Source: Leidyana gryllorum EB-2025a (taxonomy: Eukaryota > Protista > Apicomplexa). From it: a stretch of 64,000 bases of DNA. Made by a program: the position numbers and the translations under genes. Under the pieces are notes generated by a model, which was given only the letters and a program-made list of their open reading frames with translations, did no database searches and was not told the DNA's origin. Positions 46,381-58,150 of the stretch are shown here, in pieces. The stretch lies in NCBI GenBank assembly GCA_048772705.1, contig JBLWGC010000041.1, positions 62,001-126,000 of the forward strand, written 5' to 3'. How positions within the stretch are numbered: the stretch's first letter is position 1; every line of letters starts with the position of its first letter.

Positions 46381-49300
46381 GTGTGCGCCCAAACCCATAC
46401 CCTCACCCTCTCAGGAGACCCAGCTACTTTTCTACACCACTCTCGGTTTCCATGTTTAGACTCCAAAATAAACCTCCCTTTTACACCCCAGCACGCCCTA
46501 CAGGGCCGCTGGATTAGTCAGCCACGGTACACTCGACCGTCCTCCACTACCACCACCTCAGACAAACAGCAAACCACAACATTATGGGCCCCTCTCCAGA
46601 ACTTGGCCACCTCCACATCCATACCCCTTGAGCCCTCCTTAGGAGTGGCAATCGTCTCCGATCAGTATGATCAAGGATGCCCCGCCTGCCCTGGCCGCCA
46701 TATAACGGCTGCGATCTTTGTGCCCCCTCATCTTGCCCCCCACCGATATAGATATGGTATAACCATTCTCGGACTGTCTGACGGCACCCTGGTCGGCCTC
46801 ATCTGCGGAGAACCTTCACATGGGATCTCGGAGACCTTTGTCTCCTCAGCACCACACACGTGTGCTATCACTCAACTTCAAGTCGTTGCATCCGATAGAC
46901 GAGAATTAGCTTCCACGTCTCCTTATCTTGTGATAGCTTTCCAACCTGAATCGGGAAGTTTCACCTTTTGGAGTCTGGATGACGGCCGCTGTGTCTTGTG
47001 GGCACACCAGATTCTACCCTACACTGTGGATCTGTTCGCATCCTTTCTATCACCCTTCCTTCCGTCTGACGATACATGCCCATACCAAGGAAGATTTCTG
47101 GCTGTTGCTGGAGGACCTCAAGTGCATGTGATTGACTGGAGCTCGAGAACCATCGCTGCCTGGTTACGATGGGATACTCATGTCATGGGGACGAAAAAAC
47201 TCAGCCGGCGCAAAGCGTCCCAGTTCGTTGTTACTTCAATCGTGTCTGCGCTTCATGGAGAACAAGCCCTGGTTGTCGTGTTACTAAGGCATCAGGAGGT
47301 CTGTCTATGGGACGTCACAACTCAGCTGGATCGTCGCCGAGCCGAGACTGAAGTGCTGGGTGCATCACAAGCCCCTCCTGCCGTTATACCCGCTGCCAAG
47401 GATGGTCTAGATCCACTGGAAGTATATCCCACTGCGCGATGGAAGGCTGAGGACTTGCCAGGTTCCGAGGGAATCAGCCATACGTTCTCTGTCTTTGCGC
47501 GCCGATTGTCTCATCCGTTCGAGCAGCCTGTGAAGGGTCCGCTTCTGGCAGTAGAGTTGTGCTTACCGCATCTGTGTGTTCTCCACAGCAACGGTGTAGC
47601 CATTCTGGCATTCGATGGTGTTTCGCTTAAGCTTCGTCATAATGTGCTGGTTGAGAATGGGCCAGGCAAGGCTCCCCAGATGGTTCGCAGTCGAGCACAG
47701 GAGGTTTTAGTGAGGTGCTCGAGCGGGCGAAGAGTGTCTTACATTGATGTGTCGGGTGTGGTGACGAATGTGGAGTTGCACTCGAAGCTACCTGCACTGC
47801 ACCGGCCACTATGCGTTATCCCCCGCGAGCCACAAGAGGATGCAATGTCTCATTCTCCCGAGATGAGGCGGTCGACGAGCTTGTTGGCCGACATTACCAG
47901 TCGCGTAGTTAAACAACATAGTCTGCACAGTCCTCCACATCCGATGGGTGCAAAGCGGACGCGACTTGATATGATCACGTGTGACGACTCAGGTCGCCGC
48001 GTACAATGGATATCACTGGAGCAAGAACGATCGCCGCGGTCATTCGGTCCGCCGGCAATCTTATTTCAACCACGAGAAGCCTCGCGTATATACTCGTATC
48101 CCCTGGGGAAATGGCGAGTGCGGGACGGAGCACTGGTTTCACCCCCACGCCCACCTGTGATTGAGGATTTGTTCATGAAACACCAACACTCGGAGAGCGG
48201 TGGGAAGCGCAAGAACAGGATACGATCCGTGATGGCCCCAATTGACGTTGATGGGAGGATTCAAGTAGCGTACTGGACTCCTCACCGATTGATTGTGTGG
48301 GGGTGGGCTCCAACCGTTCTGTACGACGGCGGGCTCAATCCCCCATCGTCTCCGGATGATGACCATATCAGTCCCGAGAGAAAAGTGGTTCCAGCATCCC
48401 AAACCTCAGTGATGCACCTGTCTGCTCCGCCAGACGGCACGAAGAACTCGTCTGATGCGGTCTCCTCGTCCCCTGCGAACTCGATGGGGCACAAGGAAGA
48501 GAATGACGCGTCTGAGCGAGGGAAGACCGATGTTGTGTTTATTGGAAGAGACCAGAACGCCCGTCGCAGAGCGTGTCGGCAGACGGTCGACTTTGATCCC
48601 AGTGACTCACCCCCACCAAAGCCTCCGGAGCCGAGTGTGAAGATTGTAATGAATCGGATGAATGGAAGTCAGCGGGATTCTCTGCCGAATTTGAATACTG
48701 AGACCACACTTAGTTCCGACAATAACGGGGACAGACGGCGTTCCGGAGTCATATTCACTAAGCAACTCTACCCGGTGAATTCCAGTATGTTGGAGAGATT
48801 GAAGCCGGGCAGAAGTAAGAAGTGGAGATCATTTGGAAGAATAGTCGAACGAGGGTTGGACACTGAACTCTCAATTGTGCATTGGGCAACAACAGATCTG
48901 ATTGTATGTGGCACCACGCGAGGTTCCTTGTTGTTTTTACGCCCCTCGGATGGTTCACTGTTGGGATACAAGACTGGTGTGACTCCTGACAAGATTTGTT
49001 CTATCACATCCTGCTGCGTTCTGTTGCCTGTTGAGAATTCTTCGACTCCGACTTCAAGTTTGACTGTGGATGCGAGTAAGATTTTAGTGGTGGACGAGGC
49101 AGGCTTTCAAGCTTTGGTATGCTTTGTTCCTAATGATGTGGGTCGCGCTGCAGAGAGAAGGAGATCGAGTCCTTCGAGGGAGAATGCTCTATCTGATGTG
49201 GACGACGGAGACGCCGCCAACTCGTGTGATTCCGTTTCGGATGATGATGACTGTTCAACAGCCGATATGAGTGACGACCAATTTACTCTATCGGAACCGT

Positions 49301-52300
49301 TTGTATATATAGGGTGTCCCGGGGGTGCCTATGAGCCCAACACAGCCGGAGAAGCGGCGGCTGCGCTTGAAATCAGCGAAGGGTCGAGAGCTCTGAAGGT
49401 GGGCAGTGTCGAGATGACTCTCGGGAGACTCAAGGCGCCCAAACATCGTCAAAAGATGCTGCACCATGTCGCTGTGTTTCCATTGGAAACGTTACCGGTG
49501 AAGGATCGACACTCGCCACATGGGGTTGTATGGACGCCTCGATGGAGCAAATTGAGTGTGATTGATCATGAGGGCAATATCGCGTCCTATGGTCTTCCGA
49601 GTGGATCTGTAGAGAGGACGCAGTCTGCGGCGTCCTTATCTCTCCTACGGAAGAGATGGGCGGCACAATCATACACTCTTAACCGCAGTCGAGATTGGAT
49701 CGGAACGTTCAATGAAGTCGGTCTCGACTGGCCCACCCTTCACGTGTCTTTTGCGGAAGTCGGTAGGCCACAGGAGTACTGTCACGCTCTCAACTCGGCG
49801 TCGGCAATCACTGGATGCGGTCACGTCTTGGGTAACTGGAGATTGCTGGGGTCATCAGGCGACTGGATTTTGCATCCAGCCTATATGAAGCTGATGACTC
49901 CGGATCAGCCACTTCGCCTGAGTCTCGAGACGAGCAAACAGGTGGCGGCCGCGTTGTCGCTGGCCTTTCCGTGGGGTGCATTACATCACCAAGAGACACT
50001 GGGTGTGGTCAGTTTGGACGATGAGCGTGACACAGTGCGAGAGGTGTTGGCTGACAGTGCTGTTCTGAAACACCTGCCTCTCATGCTGGCCACTCTGGGC
50101 GCGGGGTACTCGATGGCCCTCAATCCCTTACAGACCTCTCATGGCCAATTTGGAGGGCCCGGACTGTATGGGACTTGTCTCCAATCTATGAGTGCGGATT
50201 CGGTGTACGCGCTACAAGCTCTCCCTCTGATGGCCAAGAAGCCCACTGACAATGATAAGATTATGATCGAGTTGGGCAAAAAGGTCCGTCAAAGTTTGAT
50301 GAGACACCTCTTTCACAAGATGCGCGACTTCCAGTCCCAGTTGGCCAATCCACTGTTCCTGGCAGCCACCCTGTGTGGCCACGGTCTCTCTCTGGGGGTA
50401 CGGGAGACCGCTCATTACTACTTGAGACATTTAGCGTTGCGTATGATGCGCCCGTTGAAACAGGCCACCTCCTCGTACGACTGCTCTTTGGAGCTGACGA
50501 GTCTTTACTCCGCCTTAACTTTAGTCATCCGGATGGTACAGCTATGTGCTCAAGCGAGCCCGGAAGATGACCTCCACTTGGGCTCGAGACAAAGCCGAGC
50601 GTCAACCGAAACCCTCCGGCGGGACTCAGATCCACCGTCTGTCACTACCCGAAGCCCGGCCGCTTTTGGTCAAGGCAGTGTCGACCCCAAACGTCGGGAT
50701 AAGAAGGCGATCACTCGACTTCCGAACGGTCAGCGCCCGTTGCCCACGACAGCGGACAATCTTAGAGCACCGATTAATGCGGCAACCACGACTGAGCGAT
50801 ACTTCCCTCCATTGTCAGAACCCCATACGACAAAGGCAGTGTGCGCCGTCAAGGCTCAGGATCTTATATGTACTCCCACGGTAAGACAACGTGTGTTGTG
50901 TGAGCGATTTTACACTCTCCATCGATCGGCAGATGTCGCCTTGGGAAGTGGGTCTGGTGGTATTCTGGGCTATGATGGTCGCATGGAGAAGCGATGCCAG
51001 TGTTCGATTAGACAACACGCGGCCCGGTATCAACGACAATCCCGTTGGCTTGGAGGAGGTACACTTAGCACATTACAAAGTATTGAAGAGGATAGTTGAG
51101 GGAATGTTAGAGGAGCACGAGACGCTGGCTGCTGAATGTCTCGTTCGTGCACTCAGCCATCCCCTTTCGATTTGTCGCGATTCCATTGGCTTGACGGGCG
51201 ATCTTGCCTTGGCACATCGCCACTCCTCCCGCAAGTCCACCAATATGCCCCCCACAATGACTCGACATACCGACACGGTCGCTCAGCAGCTCGGATTGGA
51301 GAAGCGAATGAGAGTTTTGGGTATTCGGCGCGCCGAAGTCCAGGCTGTGAGCCGTGATGGGGTTCTGGGTGCCAAAGTGTTGCTCATGATGGAGTTTTTT
51401 ACTGCTCATCCACTCCACTGGCGTGGATTACTATTGACTCACTCCGCGTGGCTGTCTTTGGGACGGCCGACGACGCAATTCACGCGAACGGTTTGCGCGC
51501 TGGAGGAGTCTTTGAGCGGCCATCAAACCAATGCGGGTACAGATCAACCAACACCCGCCTTGCGGCATCAAGACAGTCTGTCTGGAGTCATCAGCACTAT
51601 GCGTGACCGGAATATAAGAGAGCTGAGCAGTGCGATTCTCGGCATTGTTACGTCCTATGCCACAGAGACTTCCTTCTCGAGCTTCTGTGCTAATGTATTC
51701 TACCAATGGTTGATCTTGGATCCAAAACATACCCTGGCGGCGATTGCCAAAGCCATCGAGTGAGTCGTTGAGAAAAAAATCGAGGATCACTCTCATTCAA
51801 TGTGACCCGCGCAGCATTCACGATATACCGGTTACAATGCCTCTCGCTGCTCTGCGAGCTATGGGGCATATGGTGACAAAGTAAGTGTGTGTCTTGGGAG
51901 CACCGAACGTCATTCTGCTGCAATGATCAGTGACCCTCAACTGGGATATCGGTTCGCCAGACTTATGATTGAGTTGGTGGTGTTGAGATTAGTCGATCCA
52001 ACTGTGATACGTTTGAAGTAAGTGTCGCCCCTCAAGTCCCATAATTGTGCTCAGGCGAGAAAGCGTACGGGGAGTGACAGGTTTCGTTTACGAACTCATT
52101 CGAGCGGTTCCGGCAGTGGCATTGCATCGAGAGACCCAACGATTAGCGGTCGGATGCTCCCACGCTATATATGTATATCAGTTGAAGACAGCAATGCTAT
52201 TCAGGAACTTCACCAGTCTCAGAGGAAAAGTCCGAGCGGTGGCCTTCGTGGAAGATGGGACAAAGCTGTTGTCCTTCACGCCTACGGAGGCTCACGTCAA

Positions 52301-52502
52301 AGTGTGGCCTTTAGATCGGCAGACGAGTGGAACATCCGTCCTGTCGACCTTTGGAGGCGCAATGGGATTCAATAGGAAAGGAACTCCCCGCACACTCCTC
52401 TTGATCCCCAGGCCACAAGTGCGACCAGAAGATGATCTCGATACAGTCGCTCGGTTCTCAATCACTCGTGCAGCAACTGGCGATTGGATGTTAACAGAGT
52501 AA
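46381..52502 (+). CDS. WDR7/WDR72 (rabconnectin-3beta)-like WD40 protein, multi-exon
   Basis: N-terminal LGLSDGTL..HTCAITQL..SGSFTFWSLDDGRC and C-terminal PAVALHRETQRLAVG..YQLKTA..VRAVAFVEDGTKL..VKVW resemble WDR7 termini. The start codon is not resolved. Confidence 0.7.
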
Positions 52503-52535
52503 GTGAGGGAGGAGACATGTGTTTGAATGATTATG

Positions 52536-52566
52536 GTGTGTGTGTGTGGTGTGTGTGGTGTGTGGT
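52536..52566. repeat. Imperfect (GT)n microsatellite
   Basis: gtgtgtgtgtgtggtgtgtgtggtgtgtggt. Confidence 0.8.
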
Positions 52567-52767
52567 ATTCGGTTGCGCCGTCAGGGGCTTCACGATTATA
52601 TATTTGTTGTTGATTTGATCTACTTATATATGGTTTGTGGGCTCTTTGAAGGTGTACTGTCTGTCCCTCAGTCATCAGTACGAGCAAGTGTGGCGTTTGT
52701 CAAATGCTGCTGTGAACGGCGGGCGGTAGAAAAAGTATATATCAGCACAAAAACGACAACAGATCAA

Positions 52768-53628
52768 TCAGCAGCATCCACCAGACTGTTTCTTGTGTTG
52801 CGTCGGTTGAACAGACGGCGCAACAGATTGGTGATTTGAAGATCTGTTGTTATGCTTAGTGGAACTCCTGGCCTGGCTCGGCTGATCATGAACCGAACCG
52901 CCAACAGCAGCAGCATTGGACGAGGGAGGGACGGGAACCGCCAAAGAATTAGATGGAGCCACTGAGGGCGGTATTGAAGTATAGCGCGCCAAGGGGGAGC
53001 CATACGCACTTAAAGTAGGGGGATATACGGGTTGCGATGTCATGGTCGATGGCGGTACAGACGGTGGCCTGCTCATCAGTAAACCGCCTTGCGCCGGCAT
53101 ATCACGGAAGGACATGTTAGCCAGTGTAGGTTTCGGAGCTGGGAGACTTTGACTCATCACTGCGGCCGACGCGGGGATGCTCGCTGTAGAGACAAACGAA
53201 ACCGGCACAGACTGAGAGATCTTCCTTTCAATTGGCGGACGCGAGTTGATAATAGTTCCGGGTGGCGGAGCAGCTGCTGACGGCTTAGGGGTGGGCTCCA
53301 TCGTGCGAGCCGTAGACGGCACGTCTGGCGATGGAGCTCCAATCAAACCCCTACGCGCCAACGATGCGAGACTTTCGCCAGCAGGGATCACTGTTCCCAC
53401 CATCTCCGTGGATCGAGGCCCCACAGCAACGGCAGTCTTGCTCTGTGGCTCATATGTGCTCCCGAAATGGGCCGTCGCGGCAGAGTTAAACATCGGGTTT
53501 GGCGCGGGGGCGGTTGTATTGGCAGTTAAAGGGGCAAGTCGATTCATCACAGTAGTCGAACTTGAGGGCGGAGGGGCTAATGGGGACCGTTTACTCGTGT
53601 CAACCAGAGTTGAACGACTGTAATTCAT
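52768..53628 (-). CDS. Pro/Ser/Ala-rich disordered protein ending KKQSGGCC
   Basis: Long low-complexity ORF with a C-terminal double Cys. Confidence 0.6.
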   Translation of the reverse strand: MNYSRSTLVDTSKRSPLAPPPSSSTTVMNRLAPLTANTTAPAPNPMFNSAATAHFGSTYEPQSKTAVAVGPRSTEMVGTVIPAGESLASLARRGLIGAPSPDVPSTARTMEPTPKPSAAAPPPGTIINSRPPIERKISQSVPVSFVSTASIPASAAVMSQSLPAPKPTLANMSFRDMPAQGGLLMSRPPSVPPSTMTSQPVYPPTLSAYGSPLARYTSIPPSVAPSNSLAVPVPPSSNAAAVGGSVHDQPSQARSSTKHNNRSSNHQSVAPSVQPTQHKKQSGGCC

Positions 53629-53644
53629 ACAGAAAATTTCCCAA

Positions 53645-54234
53645 ATGGACCCAGTCTCGAAGGCTATCTTCAATGTACCTCCGCGTATAGTCTACCAGGC
53701 TCTCGCCACCACCGATGGGTGGTATAGACTTTCCCTCGGAGCCCACACCGATTTTGTAAGTGCATAATATCGCCCTTTCGTCTCATTTTGCAGCCCAAAA
53801 GGTTCCCGTTGTGGGCAACGCCTACTCTGTCTTGGATGGTATGCTCACGGGCAGAATCATAGAGCTCCGTCCCGAGAAACTCGTCCACTTGAGCTTGAAA
53901 TTGTAAGTCTGCCCCTCGCGCCTACTAATTCATGTTTCACAATCTTCACGCAGAGCGGATTGGCCAGCGGATGCCACCCCATCTGACGTGCGCATCAAAC
54001 TCGGCGAAGAGGGTCGAGCCGACTCCACTCGCATCGAAGTGGCACAAACACCAATCTACACTCGCCCGGGCGAGACCGAAGGTGTCGGTAAGGCTTCAGT
54101 TCACGCACACACGTGTGTCAATAACCAATGACTGCATCACAGCCACTAAACGCATGGCCACAATGTGGGAAACCATCTGGGATCGATTAGACAAAGTTTT
54201 TGGCTACGGACGGGAGCGTCTGGAGGATGATTGA
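53645..54234 (+). CDS. Stand-alone AHSA1 (Aha1 C-terminal, START-like) domain protein, multi-exon
   Basis: Spliced MDPVSKAIFNVPPRIVYQALAT..|VPVVGNAYSVLDGMLTGRIIELRPEKLV..ADWPAD..WETIWDRLDKVFGYG. Mostly absent from the ORF track because the exons are short. Confidence 0.72.
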
Positions 54235-54473
54235 GTGATCTAAAGAACTAACCTAAAGGATGACACTGTTTATACTAAAGCTCTGCCTGCCCATCACTCG
54301 CATCTCGATTTAAAAGAAAAACCATCAGGAAAGACACTCCTACTAGTCTTCAAGACACACAAGGAGAGACACCAGCCACCCTCCTGTCGCTGTTGGAGTT
54401 GATTGGCGAGGAGACATGGCAAGAGCAAAAAAAAGGAGAAGCTGCAGAAAAAGTCCACCCTAAAACACGAACC

Positions 54474-56045
54474 CTAACAGGGGATGCAATAATGCTTTGG
54501 ATGCCGCCTCCGGGTGGTGGGTGAGTTCTGCACTTTATAAGCTGGCGGATGCACAAGATAGCCACTGACAGAGTTTAGCTCCAAGTCGTTAGGTATTCTC
54601 ATCAATCTCCCATGCCGACCCACCACTGTTGGGACAGGACCGCCCATTGCATTGTGCTCCTCTGCATAGTCATATGGGGGTGGGATCTGGCTTAACACAA
54701 TGTCTCTTAAGGACACTTCGTCATCAGCAAATAGATCGTAGTATTGCGCAGGAGCTGTAGCGCTCCCCAGAGGTAGATCGGGATCTGCTGGAACCACCAA
54801 TACTGGAGGCTGCCGTTGCACCGACACAGCGCGATTGTAAGACGTCCGCGGCACGTGCAGAGATGGCCGCTGCACTGCTTGCCGTGGAGCAGCATGAAGC
54901 ACTTGAGGGGGCGGGGGGGAAGGGGAGGTAGTAGCTACTGCCCCGACCTTCTCCAAGCTTTTCGGGTTATGAGCTAAAGCAGCCAGCAAAGGATTTGGGG
55001 TGAACGCGGGAACCGACTCTTTCGCCACAGTGTGCCCTTCGGCGGCAGGCAGCTCGTTGTTAACTGCTGCAGAGGACTGCTGGACGACAGGCCGGGCTAT
55101 CGTTGTCGGGAGTCGAGAGGCGGGGGATACTGGAGGGGACGCCACAAACTCGGGCGCTCCTCTCATCACATACTTAGGAGCTGGAGTCAGCTTGGACATC
55201 GACGCCGGTGAATTAGCAGAAGGCCATTGGGTCTGCACCGAAGGTTTGGTCACCTGCGTCTGCTGCTGCAGCGGAGATGGAAGCACGTTGTTCGATGTTG
55301 CGCGATATGTTGTTGGAGCAATAACTGTTGTAGATGGGGGAGTCGTCAATGTCACGCTCCTTCCCAACTGAGATACAGTCGGACTCGACGAATGATGGAG
55401 TAAAGGGGAAATTTGGCGGCTTTCCACACTGGTAGCTATCAAATTGACACCGATAGTTGGTTCTGCAGATAATTGAGCAGGAACAGTTACTTCACCAAGA
55501 AGTGAGGCCATAGAGGGCCGAGGAGTGGAAGCTCGCATCAGCAATTCACTCTCTCTCAAAGAGGAAGACACTCTCGTCATCGAGAAGGGAGTAGGGGGGG
55601 AGAAAGGGGCAGATCCTTCCTTGCTGTTGTGTGCCCCTGATCGAGACCCATCACGGAATACCGTAGAAGGCCTCGACCCTGAACGAGATCGTGTGGCAGC
55701 GAGTGCTGTTCGTGTGTCTGTTGTGGTTGGAGTTTTCGGGTCGCTACTCAATCCATTCTGAGAAGACGACCGGTGTTTCAATTGAGCTTTGGCAGTACTA
55801 GCGGTAGTGTCGGCCAAGGAACGAAATCGGGAGGTTCCGAATTTAGCCGTCGACCGTGACGTTGCCGCGGCTTGAGAGGGTGGGACTCGCGACAAATCGA
55901 GTTCATTCATACTCGCTCTTGGTTGTGTCATCCGCACACCCCCACTCGGGGTGCTCTGATATCTTGTTGCTCCCATCGAAGGCTTTTGCTGACTGGAGTA
56001 CTTCAAGGCCTGGGCGACCCGCCTCCCTTTGAGGTAGTCTGCCAT
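54474..56045 (-). CDS. Ser/Pro/Thr-rich protein with a compact C-terminal segment ending RRRHPKHYCIPC
   Basis: ~523-aa intronless ORF, low complexity for most of its length. Confidence 0.6.
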   Translation of the reverse strand: MADYLKGRRVAQALKYSSQQKPSMGATRYQSTPSGGVRMTQPRASMNELDLSRVPPSQAAATSRSTAKFGTSRFRSLADTTASTAKAQLKHRSSSQNGLSSDPKTPTTTDTRTALAATRSRSGSRPSTVFRDGSRSGAHNSKEGSAPFSPPTPFSMTRVSSSLRESELLMRASTPRPSMASLLGEVTVPAQLSAEPTIGVNLIATSVESRQISPLLHHSSSPTVSQLGRSVTLTTPPSTTVIAPTTYRATSNNVLPSPLQQQTQVTKPSVQTQWPSANSPASMSKLTPAPKYVMRGAPEFVASPPVSPASRLPTTIARPVVQQSSAAVNNELPAAEGHTVAKESVPAFTPNPLLAALAHNPKSLEKVGAVATTSPSPPPPQVLHAAPRQAVQRPSLHVPRTSYNRAVSVQRQPPVLVVPADPDLPLGSATAPAQYYDLFADDEVSLRDIVLSQIPPPYDYAEEHNAMGGPVPTVVGRHGRLMRIPNDLELNSVSGYLVHPPAYKVQNSPTTRRRHPKHYCIPC

Positions 56046-56258
56046 CCACCACTCAAGAGCCACCAATCGCAATCACAAAATCGAGGTGTTAATCCAAAAA
56101 ATCGACATCCACACCTAGGTCAAGGGGATCTTGACCATTTTATCACGGTCCTCCTCGACTCCTTGGAGTGCAAAGTGTTCATAAATATTGATCCATTCAT
56201 CTCCGACTAACTCTGGTCTGCACAACGCGATCAATGGGTGAATTGATGAGACCTTTAC

Positions 56259-56837
56259 TCACTCAAATCCGTGCAGGTTCACTTGACCCTTGTGACTTTT
56301 CTCCCACTCTTTCTCTCTCTTGTCTAATCGCTGGGAAATGATGGGCAAACCCACGGCACTTCCAGTCCGTAACTTGAGGGACAACGTGGGCCGTGGCGGA
56401 TGATTCCCGTACAGCACCGCAGCCGCGGCGTACTGCTTCAAAGCGGTCGCCACTGCTTCCGCCCCCGCTTCCCCAATGTCTCGCCGCGCGGACCTTACAA
56501 ACCCCTCGTTTCGAAAGGCTTGATCAGCGGTCCCGTCTTTGGTACGGACCACCTGGATGTATTCTACAGTCAATCGATCTATGCTGGAGAGAGGGAGAAA
56601 GAGAACGTACTGCTAGCTTTGTCTTCCGTGTCAGAAAAGTCCTGGAAAGCTGCTTCAGCAGAAAGTGCGCCAACTACCTACCGGCACTTCGAGATCGTAA
56701 TGAATATTCACATAAGGGTGGCCAGGGTCATAGTCGTCTTTGCCGTAAACTGGTTCTCCCAACAATCCTACATTTGGTTTGAAAGCTTGCATCGAAGCAA
56801 CTGGAAAGTTCTCATTGCCAGCTCTGTAGGGGTTCAT
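56259..56837 (-). CDS. PhIL1: PhIL1-like (photosensitized INA-labeled protein 1) IMC protein, multi-exon
   Basis: AGNENFP..PNVGLLGEP.Y, RLTVEYIQVVRTKDGTAD..F, LKQYAAAAVLYG, GSAVGLPI, GQVNLHG. Match is from recall of apicomplexan PhIL1. Confidence 0.7.
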
Positions 56838-56924
56838 CTAATGTTCCTTTTGTGCGGTGAAGTCTTTCCAACCACTCACTGCGAAGGCTGTAGATATTAG
56901 AACCACAACCTGATTTAGTGGCAT

Positions 56925-58090
56925 ATGCAAAGTCTTTTGAAGTCCTTCGTGGAAAGTATAAAGCCAGTAGTTGAGGGTGCTGGCTCGGCTGTGGTGGCGA
57001 GTGGCTCCAACGATGATTCTGGAGCTGTAGCAAGCTGTACTCTTGACGGAATTGACTATACAACTGTCCCGTCTCCCGAAAACGGAGAACCGGTAGGCAC
57101 CAAACGTGTGTGCTGTGCGAACTACTTACTCCCTTCCAGATATGGCCCGCCTTGGATGCCACTAAGCTGCAGGAAAGCTGGGAAAGTATCAAACAAAGCG
57201 TTTCGAACTCAGAGGCAGCTCAGCAGCACTTCAAACAGGCTGGCGAATTCGTAACTAAAGGATGGAGTATGGCAACTGAGTCTGTCAAGGCAACCGCAAA
57301 GGTCGTACTGGATGACGTTCAGGCTTTACGGACTGTCACGCAAATGGATGCTGAGATGCCGAAGGCGACTACTCTACCTCTGCCAGCGCCTCCGCCTGGC
57401 CATCCGTTTGCTACCCTTCCGTGGGAAGATGTAGAAGTCAAATATAAAGGAGAGCCTTGGTTGGACATTGCGGAGCCTCAGGAGTTACGGCAGGGTATCA
57501 AACGAATTCTTCGAGCGGTTGCGCAGGATGAGAGTTTGTTCGACTTCCCACCACCCCCGAGCGAATATCACTTCGAGTTTGACCCTTGGAGACAAGCCTT
57601 TGCAGCTGCTATGATTGTTATCGATCAGGAACTGGCAAGGCTCAGGTACGAGATGGTCCCCAAGCGTTTGAGAGAAGAGGACTTCTGGTTGATGTATTTC
57701 TATCGAGTTGAAACGGAGGCGATCCCCTCCATCCCGAAGAAAATTGTTGGCCAGCTGGCCGAATTGCGGGCGGGAGCGGAAAGCTCAGTTGCGGCCGACG
57801 AGAGGGACGAGCGCGCCAACAAACGCATCCACGAAATGAAGAAGAAAATACAACAGGATAACGGAGGGAATGAGTCGATGGCTGCATCGCAGGGCTCGCT
57901 TCTGGACATCATTGGACGCGTGGTAGGCGGTGATGTTGCATCACCAGAAGGCGCAATTCCTGTTGTGGAGTTGACCAGTCCTCAGCGCGGTGGAGTAGAG
58001 GTCGCGGAAGACCCCACGCCAACACCCGAGCATCGCATCGGAGACGAGGAGCTGGAGGAATTCGAGGAGATGCTCGCTAAAGGGGTCTAG
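56925..58090 (+). CDS. BSD domain protein, one intron
   Basis: FEFDPWRQAFAAAMIVIDQELARLRYEMVPKRLREEDFWLMYFY. Confidence 0.85.
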
Positions 58091-58150
58091 TTCATGTTCG
58101 TGTACCGACCAATCTGTGGGAACTCCCAGGTAGATTCGAAAGTTATCCTC

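Noticed and set aside
53670-53888. Minus-strand 72-aa ORF as a gene
   Set aside because: The plus strand gives a coherent spliced AHSA1-like protein over the same bases.
19489-56837. A functional cytoskeleton gene cluster (alveolin, AKMT-like, DLIC, ADF, PhIL1)
   Set aside because: The genes are interspersed with unrelated housekeeping genes over 37 kb; chance in a compact genome explains it adequately.
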